Shown: positions 28,524 to 38,452 of the stretch, one piece after another
Layout of the letters: every line of letters begins with the position of its first letter
How positions within the stretch are numbered: the stretch's first letter is position 1
Assembly: GCA_045590195.1 (NCBI GenBank)
Contig: JAZNQN010000044.1
Span: 19,186-83,185 of the forward strand
Reading direction: 5' to 3'
Source: Clostridia bacterium
GTDB taxonomy: Bacteria; Bacillota; Clostridia; UMGS1883; UMGS1540
DNA: 64,000 nucleotides
The notes under the pieces: model-generated
Database searches by the model: none
The model's input: the letters and a program-made list of their open reading frames with translations, nothing else
What the model was told of the DNA's origin: nothing
Translations under genes and position numbers: made by a program

Positions 28524-30492
28524 AAATTTAAACCTGATTTCCTACGGCAAGTTTGAAAACCGCGAAATTACTCTTTCTAATGGTTTTAATATTATTAAAG
28601 GCTCAAACGAGGCCGGAAAATCAACCGTTTTATCTTTCATTAAAGCAATGCTTTATGGTTTCAGCGGAAGAGGAAACATTTTAGCAAACGACAGAAAGCA
28701 TTATCTCCCCTGGGGTAAACAAACCCTTTCCGGCACAATGGAGCTTTCTCTTGACAGCGGAAAAACAGTTAAAATTTCGCGCACGTCGGGCAAAAGTCAG
28801 GGATACGATAAACTTGAATGTTTCGACGTTGCAAATGGCGATGATTTTAACTTTATACCTGAAAATGAGGTTACATGCAACGAAGATGCTTTTTTGAAAA
28901 CTCTGTGTATAAAGCAGCTTCAAACTGCTATAAGCGGTGAGGATGATGAAATTTCCAGAAAGCTTATTAACCTTATCGGTAGCGGAAACGAAGATATAAG
29001 CGCACAAAAAAGCGAAGCAATTATAACCGATTACATTAAAAAATTTAAAGCTTTGCGCGGCGAAAAAGGTTTGATTTTTGACCTGCAAAACCAGATTGCA
29101 GATATAAATTTAAAAATTTCAGAATCTGAACAACAAAGGCTTTTATCCTTTGAAAAAATTAAAGAAAAGAAAAGCCTTGCTGACAAGATTAAACAATGCA
29201 AGGATAAACTTTTAGTTATTAAAAAATATCAGCAAAGCGCAAAAAACCAGGAAATTTTTGAAAGACTTGATAACCTTATGAATAGCAAAAAAGGTTTGGA
29301 GGGCGAAATATCTTCTCTTAAAACTGAAATTTCACAACTTGAAGATGTTGCAACTTCTCTGACAGCCTACAAAAACGAGCCTCCTGAAGCTATTTTTACT
29401 CCACTTTGTGAAACTGCTTCACTTGAAGGCGAAATTTTAAATTGCAAAAGCAAAATTAAATCTGCAAATATGTTTTCTTTGCTTTCTTTGGTTCTGGCAG
29501 CGATTTTTGGCGTTTTATCAGTTTTTTACCTGCCATTGGTTTTTACTGAAATATTGTTTGTTACTGCCTTAGTTTTATTTTTGGTAAAAAGCAGTTCACA
29601 GCGCAAAAAACTTGTAAAAGCTGAAAACGATTTACACGAAACCGAAACACAAAACAATAATATTAAATCTGCACTTAATATTTATGGTGCGGCTGATATT
29701 AAAGAATTTGCCGAGAAAAAGGCTAAATACACCTCACTTATAAGCGAACTTGAAATTCTTGTTTCTACTCTCGAAACAGCCGAGAAAAAACTTAATGATA
29801 TTAACTCGGAAATTGATTTATATGAAAAGAAAACTGAAGGTATAGAGAGAGTTTCATCGCCATATACTGCCGATGAACTTGCAGAAGAAGAAAGAGATCT
29901 GAACATTATTTTTGAAGATGCAATTTCACGCAGCAGTCATATTGATGGTTTTTTAAGTGCGGCAGAAAACGAAGAAGAAACTCCTGATGTTCTTGTTAAT
30001 AAACGAACTGTGTTAATTGAAAAGCTTGACAGAGCTACAGCTGAGCACGATGCGGCAACATTGGCACTTGATGCAATAAACGATGTTTTCTCGCAAATGA
30101 GAAGCGACTTTACTCCGCTTGTAAATGGAAAAGCATCGGAATATTTAAGCCTTTTAACAGGCGGTAGTATTGATAAAATTTATATCGACAAAAAGTTTTC
30201 TGTTACAGCAGAAAAAGATGGTGTTTATGACCTTTCTTATTTCTCACTTGGTACATCTGACCAGACATATCTTGCAATAAGGCTTGCGGTTATAGATTTG
30301 CTCTTTGGAAAAGACAAGCCAATTTTTATCGACGATGCATTTTTACAATATGATGAAGAAAGAGAAAAAACTGCATTTAAGCTCCTTTCAGAAAGAGCAA
30401 AGGAAGGACAGCAGATTATATTTTTCACCTGCCGCCCTATTCCCGAGTTTGAAGGAAATGCAAATATAATTGACCTTGACAATTTAAACTAA
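28513..30492 (+). CDS. SbcC/Rad50-like (YhaN-like) ABC-type ATPase with central hydrophobic segments
   Basis: It has Walker A (GSNEAGKST), coiled coils, an SMC/Rad50-type signature and Walker B/D-loop (IFIDDAF). There are two predicted transmembrane helices at about aa 320-360. It overlaps the upstream gene by 11 nt. Confidence 0.7.
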   Translation: MKIKNLNLISYGKFENREITLSNGFNIIKGSNEAGKSTVLSFIKAMLYGFSGRGNILANDRKHYLPWGKQTLSGTMELSLDSGKTVKISRTSGKSQGYDKLECFDVANGDDFNFIPENEVTCNEDAFLKTLCIKQLQTAISGEDDEISRKLINLIGSGNEDISAQKSEAIITDYIKKFKALRGEKGLIFDLQNQIADINLKISESEQQRLLSFEKIKEKKSLADKIKQCKDKLLVIKKYQQSAKNQEIFERLDNLMNSKKGLEGEISSLKTEISQLEDVATSLTAYKNEPPEAIFTPLCETASLEGEILNCKSKIKSANMFSLLSLVLAAIFGVLSVFYLPLVFTEILFVTALVLFLVKSSSQRKKLVKAENDLHETETQNNNIKSALNIYGAADIKEFAEKKAKYTSLISELEILVSTLETAEKKLNDINSEIDLYEKKTEGIERVSSPYTADELAEEERDLNIIFEDAISRSSHIDGFLSAAENEEETPDVLVNKRTVLIEKLDRATAEHDAATLALDAINDVFSQMRSDFTPLVNGKASEYLSLLTGGSIDKIYIDKKFSVTAEKDGVYDLSYFSLGTSDQTYLAIRLAVIDLLFGKDKPIFIDDAFLQYDEEREKTAFKLLSERAKEGQQIIFFTCRPIPEFEGNANIIDLDNLN

Positions 30493-30539
30493 AAAGTATA
30501 GACTATTATAAAAAGCACTTTGCAGAAAGAGGTATAAAA

Positions 30540-31376
30540 ATGAAACTTGATATTCGTTATCCATCTCATCAGGACGATGCAAAACTTTACACAACAGAAG
30601 AACTCAGAGAGAAATTTTTAATTGAAAAAGTTTTCTCTGCTGATGAAATTTTATTTACATACAGCCATTTTGACAGAATTGTTGCCGGTGGCGTTATGCC
30701 GGTTAAAAAAGTGTTAAAGCTTGAAAGCGGCAAAGAATTCGGCACAGATTATTTTCTTGAAAGACGCGAAATGGGCGTTATTAACGTTGGTGGAAAAGGT
30801 AGAATTACACTCGACGGTAAAGAATACATTTTAAACCCACGCGATGGTATTTATATTGGTATGGGCACAAAAGATGTTATCTTTGAAAGCGAAGATGCAT
30901 CTGCACCTGCAAAATTTTATGTAAACTCCTGCCCTGCTCACGCGAAATATGACACAGTTCATATTGACATTACCAAAGCTAAAAAAGTACCTTGTGGAAG
31001 CGAAGCTGAGGCTAACAAAAGGGTTATAAATCAGTACATTCATCCTGAAGTAATAAAGTCATGTCAGCTTTCAATGGGCCTTACCGAACTTCAGGAGGGA
31101 AGCGTTTGGAACACAATGCCATGCCACACTCACGAGAGAAGAATGGAAGTTTACTTCTATTTTGATATGGAAGAAGATCAGGCTGTTTTCCATATGATGG
31201 GCGAACCTCAGGAAACCAGACATATTGTTATGACAAACGAACAGGCTGTAATTTCTCCTTCCTGGTCAATTCACAGCGGTTGCGGAACTAAAAATTATAC
31301 ATTTATCTGGGGTATGTGCGGCGAAAATCTTACATTTACCGATATGGACCACGTAAAAACAAACGAGCTTAAATAA
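30540..31376 (+). CDS. kduI: 4-deoxy-L-threo-5-hexosulose-uronate ketol-isomerase (KduI)
   Basis: Near-perfect conservation of the KduI blocks QLSMGLTEL, WNTMPCHTHERRMEVYFYF and AVISPSWSIHSG.GTK.YTFIWGM. Confidence 0.85.
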   Translation: MKLDIRYPSHQDDAKLYTTEELREKFLIEKVFSADEILFTYSHFDRIVAGGVMPVKKVLKLESGKEFGTDYFLERREMGVINVGGKGRITLDGKEYILNPRDGIYIGMGTKDVIFESEDASAPAKFYVNSCPAHAKYDTVHIDITKAKKVPCGSEAEANKRVINQYIHPEVIKSCQLSMGLTELQEGSVWNTMPCHTHERRMEVYFYFDMEEDQAVFHMMGEPQETRHIVMTNEQAVISPSWSIHSGCGTKNYTFIWGMCGENLTFTDMDHVKTNELK

Positions 31377-31387
31377 AGGAGAGCATT

Positions 31388-32179
31388 ATGATATACTTAA
31401 AAATTGTTGACAAAGACGGTAACATTAAATTCAAAGAAGCAGGAAACAATATTAAAGCTACATACAACGCAAAATACGAAGAAGGCGACAAAATTTTAGT
31501 TGAACTTGCTGATATTGACAAAGTTGCAATTCAGCTTGACAGCACAATGAAAGAAAGCTTTGTATATTTAAGTGAAAAGAAATACGAGTTCCCTATTCCT
31601 TTTGGCGTTGCGGCAAAAAGCTATCATCCGGATGCCTGGAACAAAGATGTAAACGTTATTTCTGTTCGTACTGTTTCCGATGAAGAATATTATGCTTACA
31701 GAAATGTTGCTCTTAATACTGCGTGTGTAAGACATTATGAAAACTGCTTCCCATATGCTAAAGCAAATGTTGTAACACGTGATGAGCCATGGTTTGAAGA
31801 GAGAAACTCAATCGACGGTGTACTTGACAACTGCTCACATGGTGCATATCCTTATCAGTCATATGCAGGCGGCGCAAGAGAAGATATTGACTATACCCTC
31901 TATTTTGGCGGCGAAGTTGAGTTTGACAAAATCACAATTTACCTTCGTGCAGATTTTGCTGATGACCACGATACTTACTGGAAATCTATGACTGCAGAGC
32001 TTTCCGACGGAACTCGCCTCCCTCTTACTTTTGTAAAAACAGGCGAAGGCCAGTCGTTCACATTTGGAAAAAGCTTTAAAACTGACAGAATTCATCTTAC
32101 AGATTTTAAACAGGCAGCATATCCCCTTTCATGGGCAGCTCTTACACAAATTGAAGTTTATGGAAAATACGTAAAGTAG
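31388..32179 (+). CDS. Hypothetical protein of 263 aa. No family is recognised.
   Basis: The ORF has an RBS (AAGGAGAG) and sits between kduI and dut. Confidence 0.4.
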   Translation: MIYLKIVDKDGNIKFKEAGNNIKATYNAKYEEGDKILVELADIDKVAIQLDSTMKESFVYLSEKKYEFPIPFGVAAKSYHPDAWNKDVNVISVRTVSDEEYYAYRNVALNTACVRHYENCFPYAKANVVTRDEPWFEERNSIDGVLDNCSHGAYPYQSYAGGAREDIDYTLYFGGEVEFDKITIYLRADFADDHDTYWKSMTAELSDGTRLPLTFVKTGEGQSFTFGKSFKTDRIHLTDFKQAAYPLSWAALTQIEVYGKYVK

Positions 32180-32187
32180 GTGCTGAT

Positions 32188-32634
32188 ATGATTAAATTTG
32201 ATATTAACATTAAAAAGCTTGATGCGCGAGCACAAATTCCTACATATGGTTCGCCTTTCGCAGCCGGAGCTGATCTTTATGCCCTTTGCGACAGTGAGGT
32301 TGAAATTGCTCCCCACACAACTATTTTAATTCACACAGGCATTTCAATGGAAATTCCTGAAGGTTATGGCGGATTTATTTTTGCAAGAAGCGGCCTTGCT
32401 TCAAAAAGAAATCTTGCGCCGGCAAATAAAGTTGGTGTTGTAGATTCAGATTACAGAGGCGAAGTAATGGTTGCACTTCATAACCACGGCGAAATTCCAC
32501 AAGTGATTTCAAACGGCGAGAGAATTGCACAGCTTTGCATTATGCCTTATGCGGCTGCAAACTTTGTAGAATGCGAAACACTTTCTGATACAGTTCGTGG
32601 CGCAGGTGGCTTTGGCACAACAGGAACAAAATAA
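32188..32634 (+). CDS. dut: dUTP diphosphatase
   Basis: The dUTPase motifs AGADLYA, RSGLASK and GVVDSDYRGEV are present. Confidence 0.85.
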   Translation: MIKFDINIKKLDARAQIPTYGSPFAAGADLYALCDSEVEIAPHTTILIHTGISMEIPEGYGGFIFARSGLASKRNLAPANKVGVVDSDYRGEVMVALHNHGEIPQVISNGERIAQLCIMPYAAANFVECETLSDTVRGAGGFGTTGTK

Positions 32635-32666
32635 AAAAGATGGCTAAGCCATCTTTTTTATTTTTC
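32634..32666. terminator. Bidirectional terminator between dut (+) and eno (-)
   Basis: AAAAAGATGGCTAAGCCATCTTTTTTATTTTT. Confidence 0.6.
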
Positions 32667-33899
32667 GTGAAAATTACTTTCTATTTCCAGAAGTTTGTTA
32701 TATTTTGAATTTCTCTCACTTCGGCAAGGAGCCCCTGTTTTAATCTGTCCTGCATTTGTGCCAACTGCAAGGTCGGCAATAAAACTGTCTTCCGTTTCCC
32801 CGCTTCTGTGTGAAATAACTGTACCATAACCATTTTCCTTTGCAAGATGTATTGCCTGCAAGGTTTCGGTAACTGTTCCTATCTGATTTGGCTTTATAAG
32901 AATTGAATTTGCAATTTTTTTATCAATTCCCTTTTGAAGTCTTTTTGTGTTAGTAACAAACAAATCATCGCCAACAAGTTGTATTTTCTTCGAAAGTTTT
33001 TTTGTTAAATGGTCCCACGTTTCCATATCATCTTCTGCCGCTCCATCTTCAATTGACAAAATCGGGTAACATTCAATAAGATGCTCGTAATATGTGCAAA
33101 GCTCTTCCCCTGTCATGACAGTTCCTTTTTTCGGCATTTTGTACATTCCGTTTTCATACCACTCACTACTTGCAACGTCAAGGGCAATTTTTATATCATC
33201 ATAAAGCTTATATCCTGCTTTTTCGGTTGCTCGCATTATAAGTTCAATTGCCTCTTCCTCGCTATCTAAATCAGGTGCAAATCCGCCTTCATCTCCAACG
33301 CCCGTAGAATACCCCTGAGAGGATAAAAGCTTTTTAAGAGTATGATAAATCTCGCTACACATTTTAATTCCTACAGCAAAGGATTTGGCACTTACAGGCA
33401 TAATCATAAACTCCTGAATGTCTATATTATTATCTGCGTGTGCTCCGCCATTTAAAATATTCATCATAGGCAGCGGCATCATATAAGCATTTATTCCACC
33501 AATGTATTTGTGAAAAGGCACGCCAACGCACTTTGCCGCAAGGCGTGCATTGGCAATTGATACTGCCAAAATTGCATTAGCACCAAGATTTGATTTGTTT
33601 TCAGTTCCGTCTGCTTCAAGCATTATCCTGTCGATTTTTTCCTGTTCAAGGCAGCACTTTCCTAAGAGTGCATCTTTTATTGTGTTTTCAACATTACAAA
33701 CCGCCTTTAAAACGCCTTTACCATTAAAGCGACTGCTATCATCGTCACGAAGTTCAACCGCTTCGTGCACTCCTGTTGATGCACCTGATGGCACAGAAGC
33801 TTTTGCACTTTTGCCGCAAGAAGAAAAAATTTCTGCTTCAATTGTTGGGTTTCCTCTTGAGTCGAGTATTTCATAAGCTTTTATGTTTTTAATAATCAT
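32658..33899 (-). CDS. eno: Enolase
   Basis: [18 protein letters not shown] at the N-terminus, full-length enolase similarity, and SHRSGETED. Confidence 0.95.
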   Translation of the reverse strand: MIIKNIKAYEILDSRGNPTIEAEIFSSCGKSAKASVPSGASTGVHEAVELRDDDSSRFNGKGVLKAVCNVENTIKDALLGKCCLEQEKIDRIMLEADGTENKSNLGANAILAVSIANARLAAKCVGVPFHKYIGGINAYMMPLPMMNILNGGAHADNNIDIQEFMIMPVSAKSFAVGIKMCSEIYHTLKKLLSSQGYSTGVGDEGGFAPDLDSEEEAIELIMRATEKAGYKLYDDIKIALDVASSEWYENGMYKMPKKGTVMTGEELCTYYEHLIECYPILSIEDGAAEDDMETWDHLTKKLSKKIQLVGDDLFVTNTKRLQKGIDKKIANSILIKPNQIGTVTETLQAIHLAKENGYGTVISHRSGETEDSFIADLAVGTNAGQIKTGAPCRSERNSKYNKLLEIESNFHEK

Positions 33900-33960
33900 A
33901 AAGTTCTCCTTTTTGCAAATTTTTTCTTTATTGTTTGCCTAAAAGGAAAATTTATGCATA

Positions 33961-33987
33961 AAAAAACCGCTTTCGCGGTTTTTTTGA
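33961..33987. terminator. Hairpin terminator downstream of the permease gene (minus strand)
   Basis: AAAAAACCGCTTTCGCGGTTTTTTT. Confidence 0.5.
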
Positions 33988-35277
33988 TTAGAACAATATT
34001 ATCAAAAACTGTGACACAAGCACAACTGCAATAAGTGCAATAGGATAAGTTGCCGCATAAGCTGATGCAACATCTTCAGTTCCTGAAACATTTATAAGTG
34101 TTCCAAGGGCCGGAGTTGATGTCATACCACCGCAAATTGAGCCAAGAGCATTGAGAAGATTAAGCTTTAGTACATATCTTGCAAAAAGATATCCAAGTAT
34201 CATTGGCAAAATTGTCATAACAGCGCCATATACAAAGTAAACCGGCTGGAAATTCTCAACAAATTTTGCTCCGCCTGCAACACCTGCACCGATTAAGAAA
34301 AGCATAAGGCCAAGCTCGCGGAAAACTTTAAGAGTTGGCTGTGGAGGCATAATGCTTACCATACCAACCTTTCCGAAGTGACCAAAAACAAGTGCCGCAA
34401 GAAGGCATCCGCCCGTTGTTGTAAGCGAAAAAGTTGTTCCCGAAAGGCCACTTGAAGAAAGCGGAATTTTAACCATTCCAATAATAATACCAATAACTGC
34501 CGCAATTGCGAAAGCGCATATACCAAATGAATCAAGCTCTAAAAGATTTTTGGAAACCTCTTTTTTCTCAGCTTTTTCAGCGGCAACAAGCTTTTCTCTT
34601 TCCTTTGCCATATCAGCGTTAACAATCTTTGGAACAAGCTGAACAAAAAGCACAACGCCGATTACACCAAAAATATATGCAATACCATTACCAACAGCAA
34701 CTATATCTTCATACATTTCTCCAACAGTTGCTTTTGCGGCTGAAAATGCCGGTGTTGAAGTAAGTGCGCCTGAGAGAAGCCCTGCAACCATAGCAGTAAA
34801 CTTTTCTGTGTTGGTTTCTCCAAGTGCTCTGCCAATGAGAATACAAATTACAGCCGAAATTCCCCCTGCAATTATAATTATAAGGCCAAGCATAACATAA
34901 GATTTAAAATTCTTTTTCATATTGCTGAAAAATTTTGGTCCGGCAATAAATCCAACGGATGTTACAAAAAGAATAAGGCCTATATTTTCAACAATTTTAA
35001 GTGCATCTTTTGTAAAATCGCCAAGCTGTGCCTGCAGAGTTTTATAAAAAAGGCAACCAAAAACCAATGCAGCAATAAATACGCCTGCAGTACCCAGCGA
35101 TACACCTTTTATTGTTATACGGCCGAGAAGGTAGCCTGCTGCTGAAATAATAAGTACTGAAAAAACTAGAAATGTAATTCCTGTTATGGGGATAACTCCA
35201 CCAAATAAACTCATTTTTAAAGACCTCTTTTCAAGTAAAATACACACAAATGCTATAATGAATCTGTACCGATTCAT
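33988..35277 (-). CDS. Two-repeat polytopic permease, AAE/YidE-like (Asp-Al_Ex-type repeats) but without TrkA-C domains. It may be a C4-dicarboxylate (succinate) transporter.
   Basis: About 11 transmembrane segments in two homologous halves separated by a short charged loop. It sits 30 nt downstream of the fumarate-reductase genes in the same operon direction. Confidence 0.4.
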   Translation of the reverse strand: MNRYRFIIAFVCILLEKRSLKMSLFGGVIPITGITFLVFSVLIISAAGYLLGRITIKGVSLGTAGVFIAALVFGCLFYKTLQAQLGDFTKDALKIVENIGLILFVTSVGFIAGPKFFSNMKKNFKSYVMLGLIIIIAGGISAVICILIGRALGETNTEKFTAMVAGLLSGALTSTPAFSAAKATVGEMYEDIVAVGNGIAYIFGVIGVVLFVQLVPKIVNADMAKEREKLVAAEKAEKKEVSKNLLELDSFGICAFAIAAVIGIIIGMVKIPLSSSGLSGTTFSLTTTGGCLLAALVFGHFGKVGMVSIMPPQPTLKVFRELGLMLFLIGAGVAGGAKFVENFQPVYFVYGAVMTILPMILGYLFARYVLKLNLLNALGSICGGMTSTPALGTLINVSGTEDVASAYAATYPIALIAVVLVSQFLIILF

Positions 35278-35307
35278 TATAGCATAACTTCAATTATTTT
35301 ACAAGTA

Positions 35308-36915
35308 TCAAATACCACTTTTCTGACCTGTGTAGTTTGGAAGAAGTTTAGGAGAAACCATATCGCCTGCAATGCCCGCCGCTTCTCTTTCAGCTTCAAA
35401 CGCAGCAATATGCTGGAGTGTAAGCTTGCCAACTTTAACATTTTTGCATTTAGCCGCCGCATTTTGACCTGCGTTTCTGCCAAATACAATAATATCTAAA
35501 AGTGAGTTACCCATAAGGCGGTTTCTGCCGTGAATTCCGCCAACAGCTTCGCCTGCAACATAAAGGTTTTCTACATTTGTTGTAGAACCATCAACATTTA
35601 TGTCAAGACCACCATTCTGATAGTGAAGTGTTGGGTAAACCAAAATTGGCTCCTTGCGGATATCAATTCCGTACTGACCAAACATTCTCATCATAGCAGG
35701 AATTCTTTTTTCAATTGTTCCCTCTCCACCTATTTTTTCAATCATAGGAGTATCAAGCCAAACACCAAGGCCGTTTCCTGTTTCAACGCCGTTGCCTCTG
35801 TCATTACATTCTCTGATAATAGAAGCCGCCGCAACGTCACGTGTTTCGAGAGGATGCATAAACACTTCGCCTTTTGAGTTTATAAGTTTGGCACCAAGTG
35901 AACGAACTTTTTCAGTAACAAGTGCACCGAAAATCTGCTGAGGATATGCAGCACCGGTTGGGTGATACTGCAAAGTTTCAGCATAAAGAAGCTTAGCCCC
36001 TACTCTGTAACCTAAAACAAGACCATCGGCAGTTGCGCCATAGTGATTCGATGTTGGGAAACCCTGATAATGCATTCTTCCTGCACCACCTGTTGCAATT
36101 ATGACAGTTTTAGCACGTGCAACCATAAGTTTTTCAGTTTCCATATTAAGGAGCACCGCACCTGCCGCGTTTCCGTTTTCATCAAGAATAATTTCGATTG
36201 CAGCTGTAAAATCAACAACAGGAATCTGTCTGTTTAAAACTTCATCTCGGAGTGTACGCATAATTTCAGCACCTGAATAGTCACGTGCAGCATGCATTCT
36301 CTTTCTTGATGTACCACCACCGTGAGTTGTAATCATTGTGCCATCTTCAGCTTTATCAAACTCAACGCCAAGGTTTGAAAGCCACCAAATAGCCTCAGGT
36401 GCATCGCAAACAAGTTTTGATAAAAGCTCGCGTTTAGCTGCAAAATGTCCGCCGCCAAAAGCATCAACAAAGTGAATTGCAGGGGAATCGTTTGGTTTGT
36501 CAGCCGCCTGAATACCACCTTCTGCCATCATTGTGTTGGCATCGCCAATACGAAGCTTTGTTACAATCATAACATCAGCCCCTGCCTCGTGAGCTTCGAT
36601 TGCGGCAGAAGAACCCGCTCCACCACCGCCAATTACAAGAACATCTACATCGTAGTCGGGTGCATCAAGGTTTACGTCTTCTGCTTTAATACGGCTTTTT
36701 GCCTCTAAAATTTCACAAAGCTCTTTTGGAACACACTGGCCTTTGTTAGGACCTATTTTAAGCTCAGAAAATTCGTCTTTTTTATAATCGGGATGATATG
36801 CCGCAAGCAAATCTTCTTTCTGTTTTGCAGTCATTCTGTCGGGCTCGTATGCAATATTTTTATCTCTCGCCGCCTCAACAGCTTTTATTGATTTTGTTAA
36901 TTCTTCTGAATACAT
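35308..36915 (-). CDS. Fumarate reductase/succinate dehydrogenase flavoprotein-family subunit with an N-terminal extension of about 90 aa
   Basis: It has an FAD dinucleotide fold (VLVIGGGGAGSSAAIEA), THGGG, the active-site HPTG and a C-terminal NSLLD...FGR. No membrane-anchor genes are nearby. Confidence 0.75.
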   Translation of the reverse strand: MYSEELTKSIKAVEAARDKNIAYEPDRMTAKQKEDLLAAYHPDYKKDEFSELKIGPNKGQCVPKELCEILEAKSRIKAEDVNLDAPDYDVDVLVIGGGGAGSSAAIEAHEAGADVMIVTKLRIGDANTMMAEGGIQAADKPNDSPAIHFVDAFGGGHFAAKRELLSKLVCDAPEAIWWLSNLGVEFDKAEDGTMITTHGGGTSRKRMHAARDYSGAEIMRTLRDEVLNRQIPVVDFTAAIEIILDENGNAAGAVLLNMETEKLMVARAKTVIIATGGAGRMHYQGFPTSNHYGATADGLVLGYRVGAKLLYAETLQYHPTGAAYPQQIFGALVTEKVRSLGAKLINSKGEVFMHPLETRDVAAASIIRECNDRGNGVETGNGLGVWLDTPMIEKIGGEGTIEKRIPAMMRMFGQYGIDIRKEPILVYPTLHYQNGGLDINVDGSTTNVENLYVAGEAVGGIHGRNRLMGNSLLDIIVFGRNAGQNAAAKCKNVKVGKLTLQHIAAFEAEREAAGIAGDMVSPKLLPNYTGQKSGI

Positions 36916-36927
36916 ATTGCGCCCTCC

Positions 36928-37602
36928 TTACTTTTCAATATCACGGTTATTATAAAGTTCTTTAATCTCATCAATTGGCTTTTGCATTAGAGCTTCAATA
37001 AGGTCATTGAAAGTACCATCTTTAATTTCTTTAACCCTTTCATCAAGATGGCCACAACCAGGAGCTAAATATTTACCGTTAAGTCTTCTTGCAAGCATTG
37101 CAACCTGTGGATGAGAAATACCTGCAGGACATCTTGAAGAACAAACGCCGCACATTACGCAGTCAAAAGATTCTTCAGCACATTTTTCATACTCAGCACG
37201 CTGTGCATAAGCAATATACTGCATTACATTAAGCTTCTGAGTACAAGCTTTTGTACAAGCATTACAGCCGATGCAGGAATAAATTTCAGGATAAAGCTGC
37301 ATCATAATCTGCTCAGTAGGTTTTACTTTTTCAATATCATAAATTTCTTTAACAAGCGGGAAGAATGGCAATGTAGCAATGTACATCTTATCTTCAACCT
37401 TTGTCTGACATGCAAGACAAGCTTTAAGTTCTCTGTCGCCCTCTATTCTGTAAATTGTGGCACATGCACCGCAAAAACCATTTCGGCATCCGCAACCACG
37501 TTTAAGCTGATAGCCTGCATATTCCATAGCACGCATAATTGTCATGCTGGCAGGTACTTCATATTTTTTACCGAACAAAAATATATTTACCATTTTTTCC
37601 AT
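36928..37602 (-). CDS. Fumarate reductase/succinate dehydrogenase iron-sulfur subunit-like protein
   Basis: There are an N-terminal [2Fe-2S]-like Cys cluster (CGCRNGFCGAC) and two 4Fe-4S/3Fe-4S motifs (CIGCNACTKAC, CVMCGVCSSRCP). The start was moved to the ATG at 37602 (MEKMVNIF), which has a GGAGA RBS. Confidence 0.7.
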   Translation of the reverse strand: MEKMVNIFLFGKKYEVPASMTIMRAMEYAGYQLKRGCGCRNGFCGACATIYRIEGDRELKACLACQTKVEDKMYIATLPFFPLVKEIYDIEKVKPTEQIMMQLYPEIYSCIGCNACTKACTQKLNVMQYIAYAQRAEYEKCAEESFDCVMCGVCSSRCPAGISHPQVAMLARRLNGKYLAPGCGHLDERVKEIKDGTFNDLIEALMQKPIDEIKELYNNRDIEK

Positions 37603-37621
37603 CAGTAGTATCTCCTTTTTC

Positions 37622-38452
37622 TTAGTATTCGTCAGGCAGCTCGTCAAGCTGGTCACACCTGAAAACCGGGCCGTCTTTACATACATATTTAGAACCAATG
37701 TTGCATCTGCCGCATTTACCAACGCCGCACTTCATTTTAAGTTCCATAGTAGTATAAATCTGAGTTTTTTCAAAGCCAAGTTCCTGAAGGCCCTGAAGGG
37801 TAAATTTAATCATAATAGGCGGACCACAGATTATTGCTGTTTTATTCGTGTCAAACCCGAGTTCCTTTACATAGTTTGGAACAAAGCCAACATGGCCATC
37901 CCATCCATCCTGAGGGTTATCAATTGTAAGATGAACATTTATTCCTTCATCCTTACACCATTCGTCGATAATTTCTTTATAATCAACAAGGTCGTCCATA
38001 CTTCTTGAGCCGTAAACTATATCAATTTTACCATAGCGGTCACGATAGTGACGGCAGTAGTTGATAACTGAACGAAGCGGTGCAAGGCCGATACCGCCGG
38101 CAATAAAGAGCATATCTTTGCCTGCAAATTCGGTGTCAACAGGGAAAGGATTTCCGTAAGGGCCACGAATTGTAATTTGCTGGCCTACTTCTGCCTGATG
38201 AAGCCACTCGGTAACGCAGCCGCACTTTTTAATGGAAAACTCCATATATTCAGTATTTGTTGGAGAAGAAGTAATTGAAAACATAGCCTCTCCCACTCCG
38301 GGAATTGAAAGCATTGCGCATTGACCCGGTTTATGGTCGAATGCTTTTTTGCCGTCGGGTGTTAAAACGCGGAAGGTTTTAACATCGGGGGTATCAATTC
38401 TTACATCACAAATTGTACCAATTTTTGGAATCAATGGATCTTGATTATTCAT
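37622..38452 (-). CDS. FlxA-like NAD(P)H:FAD oxidoreductase subunit, AsrB/hydrogenase-gamma/PyrK-like, with a C-terminal [2Fe-2S] site
   Basis: It has an FNR-like FAD/NAD-binding fold and a C-terminal CGVGKCGRC...C motif. The start was moved to the ATG at 38452 (MNNQDP), which has a GGAGG RBS. Confidence 0.65.
   Translation of the reverse strand: MNNQDPLIPKIGTICDVRIDTPDVKTFRVLTPDGKKAFDHKPGQCAMLSIPGVGEAMFSITSSPTNTEYMEFSIKKCGCVTEWLHQAEVGQQITIRGPYGNPFPVDTEFAGKDMLFIAGGIGLAPLRSVINYCRHYRDRYGKIDIVYGSRSMDDLVDYKEIIDEWCKDEGINVHLTIDNPQDGWDGHVGFVPNYVKELGFDTNKTAIICGPPIMIKFTLQGLQELGFEKTQIYTTMELKMKCGVGKCGRCNIGSKYVCKDGPVFRCDQLDELPDEY

Noticed and set aside
33988-35277. Assigning the permease confidently as a succinate exporter (SucE/AAE family)
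   Set aside because: The two-repeat architecture fits AAE-like permeases, but the TrkA-C domains typical of that family are missing. Substrate assignment rests only on gene context.
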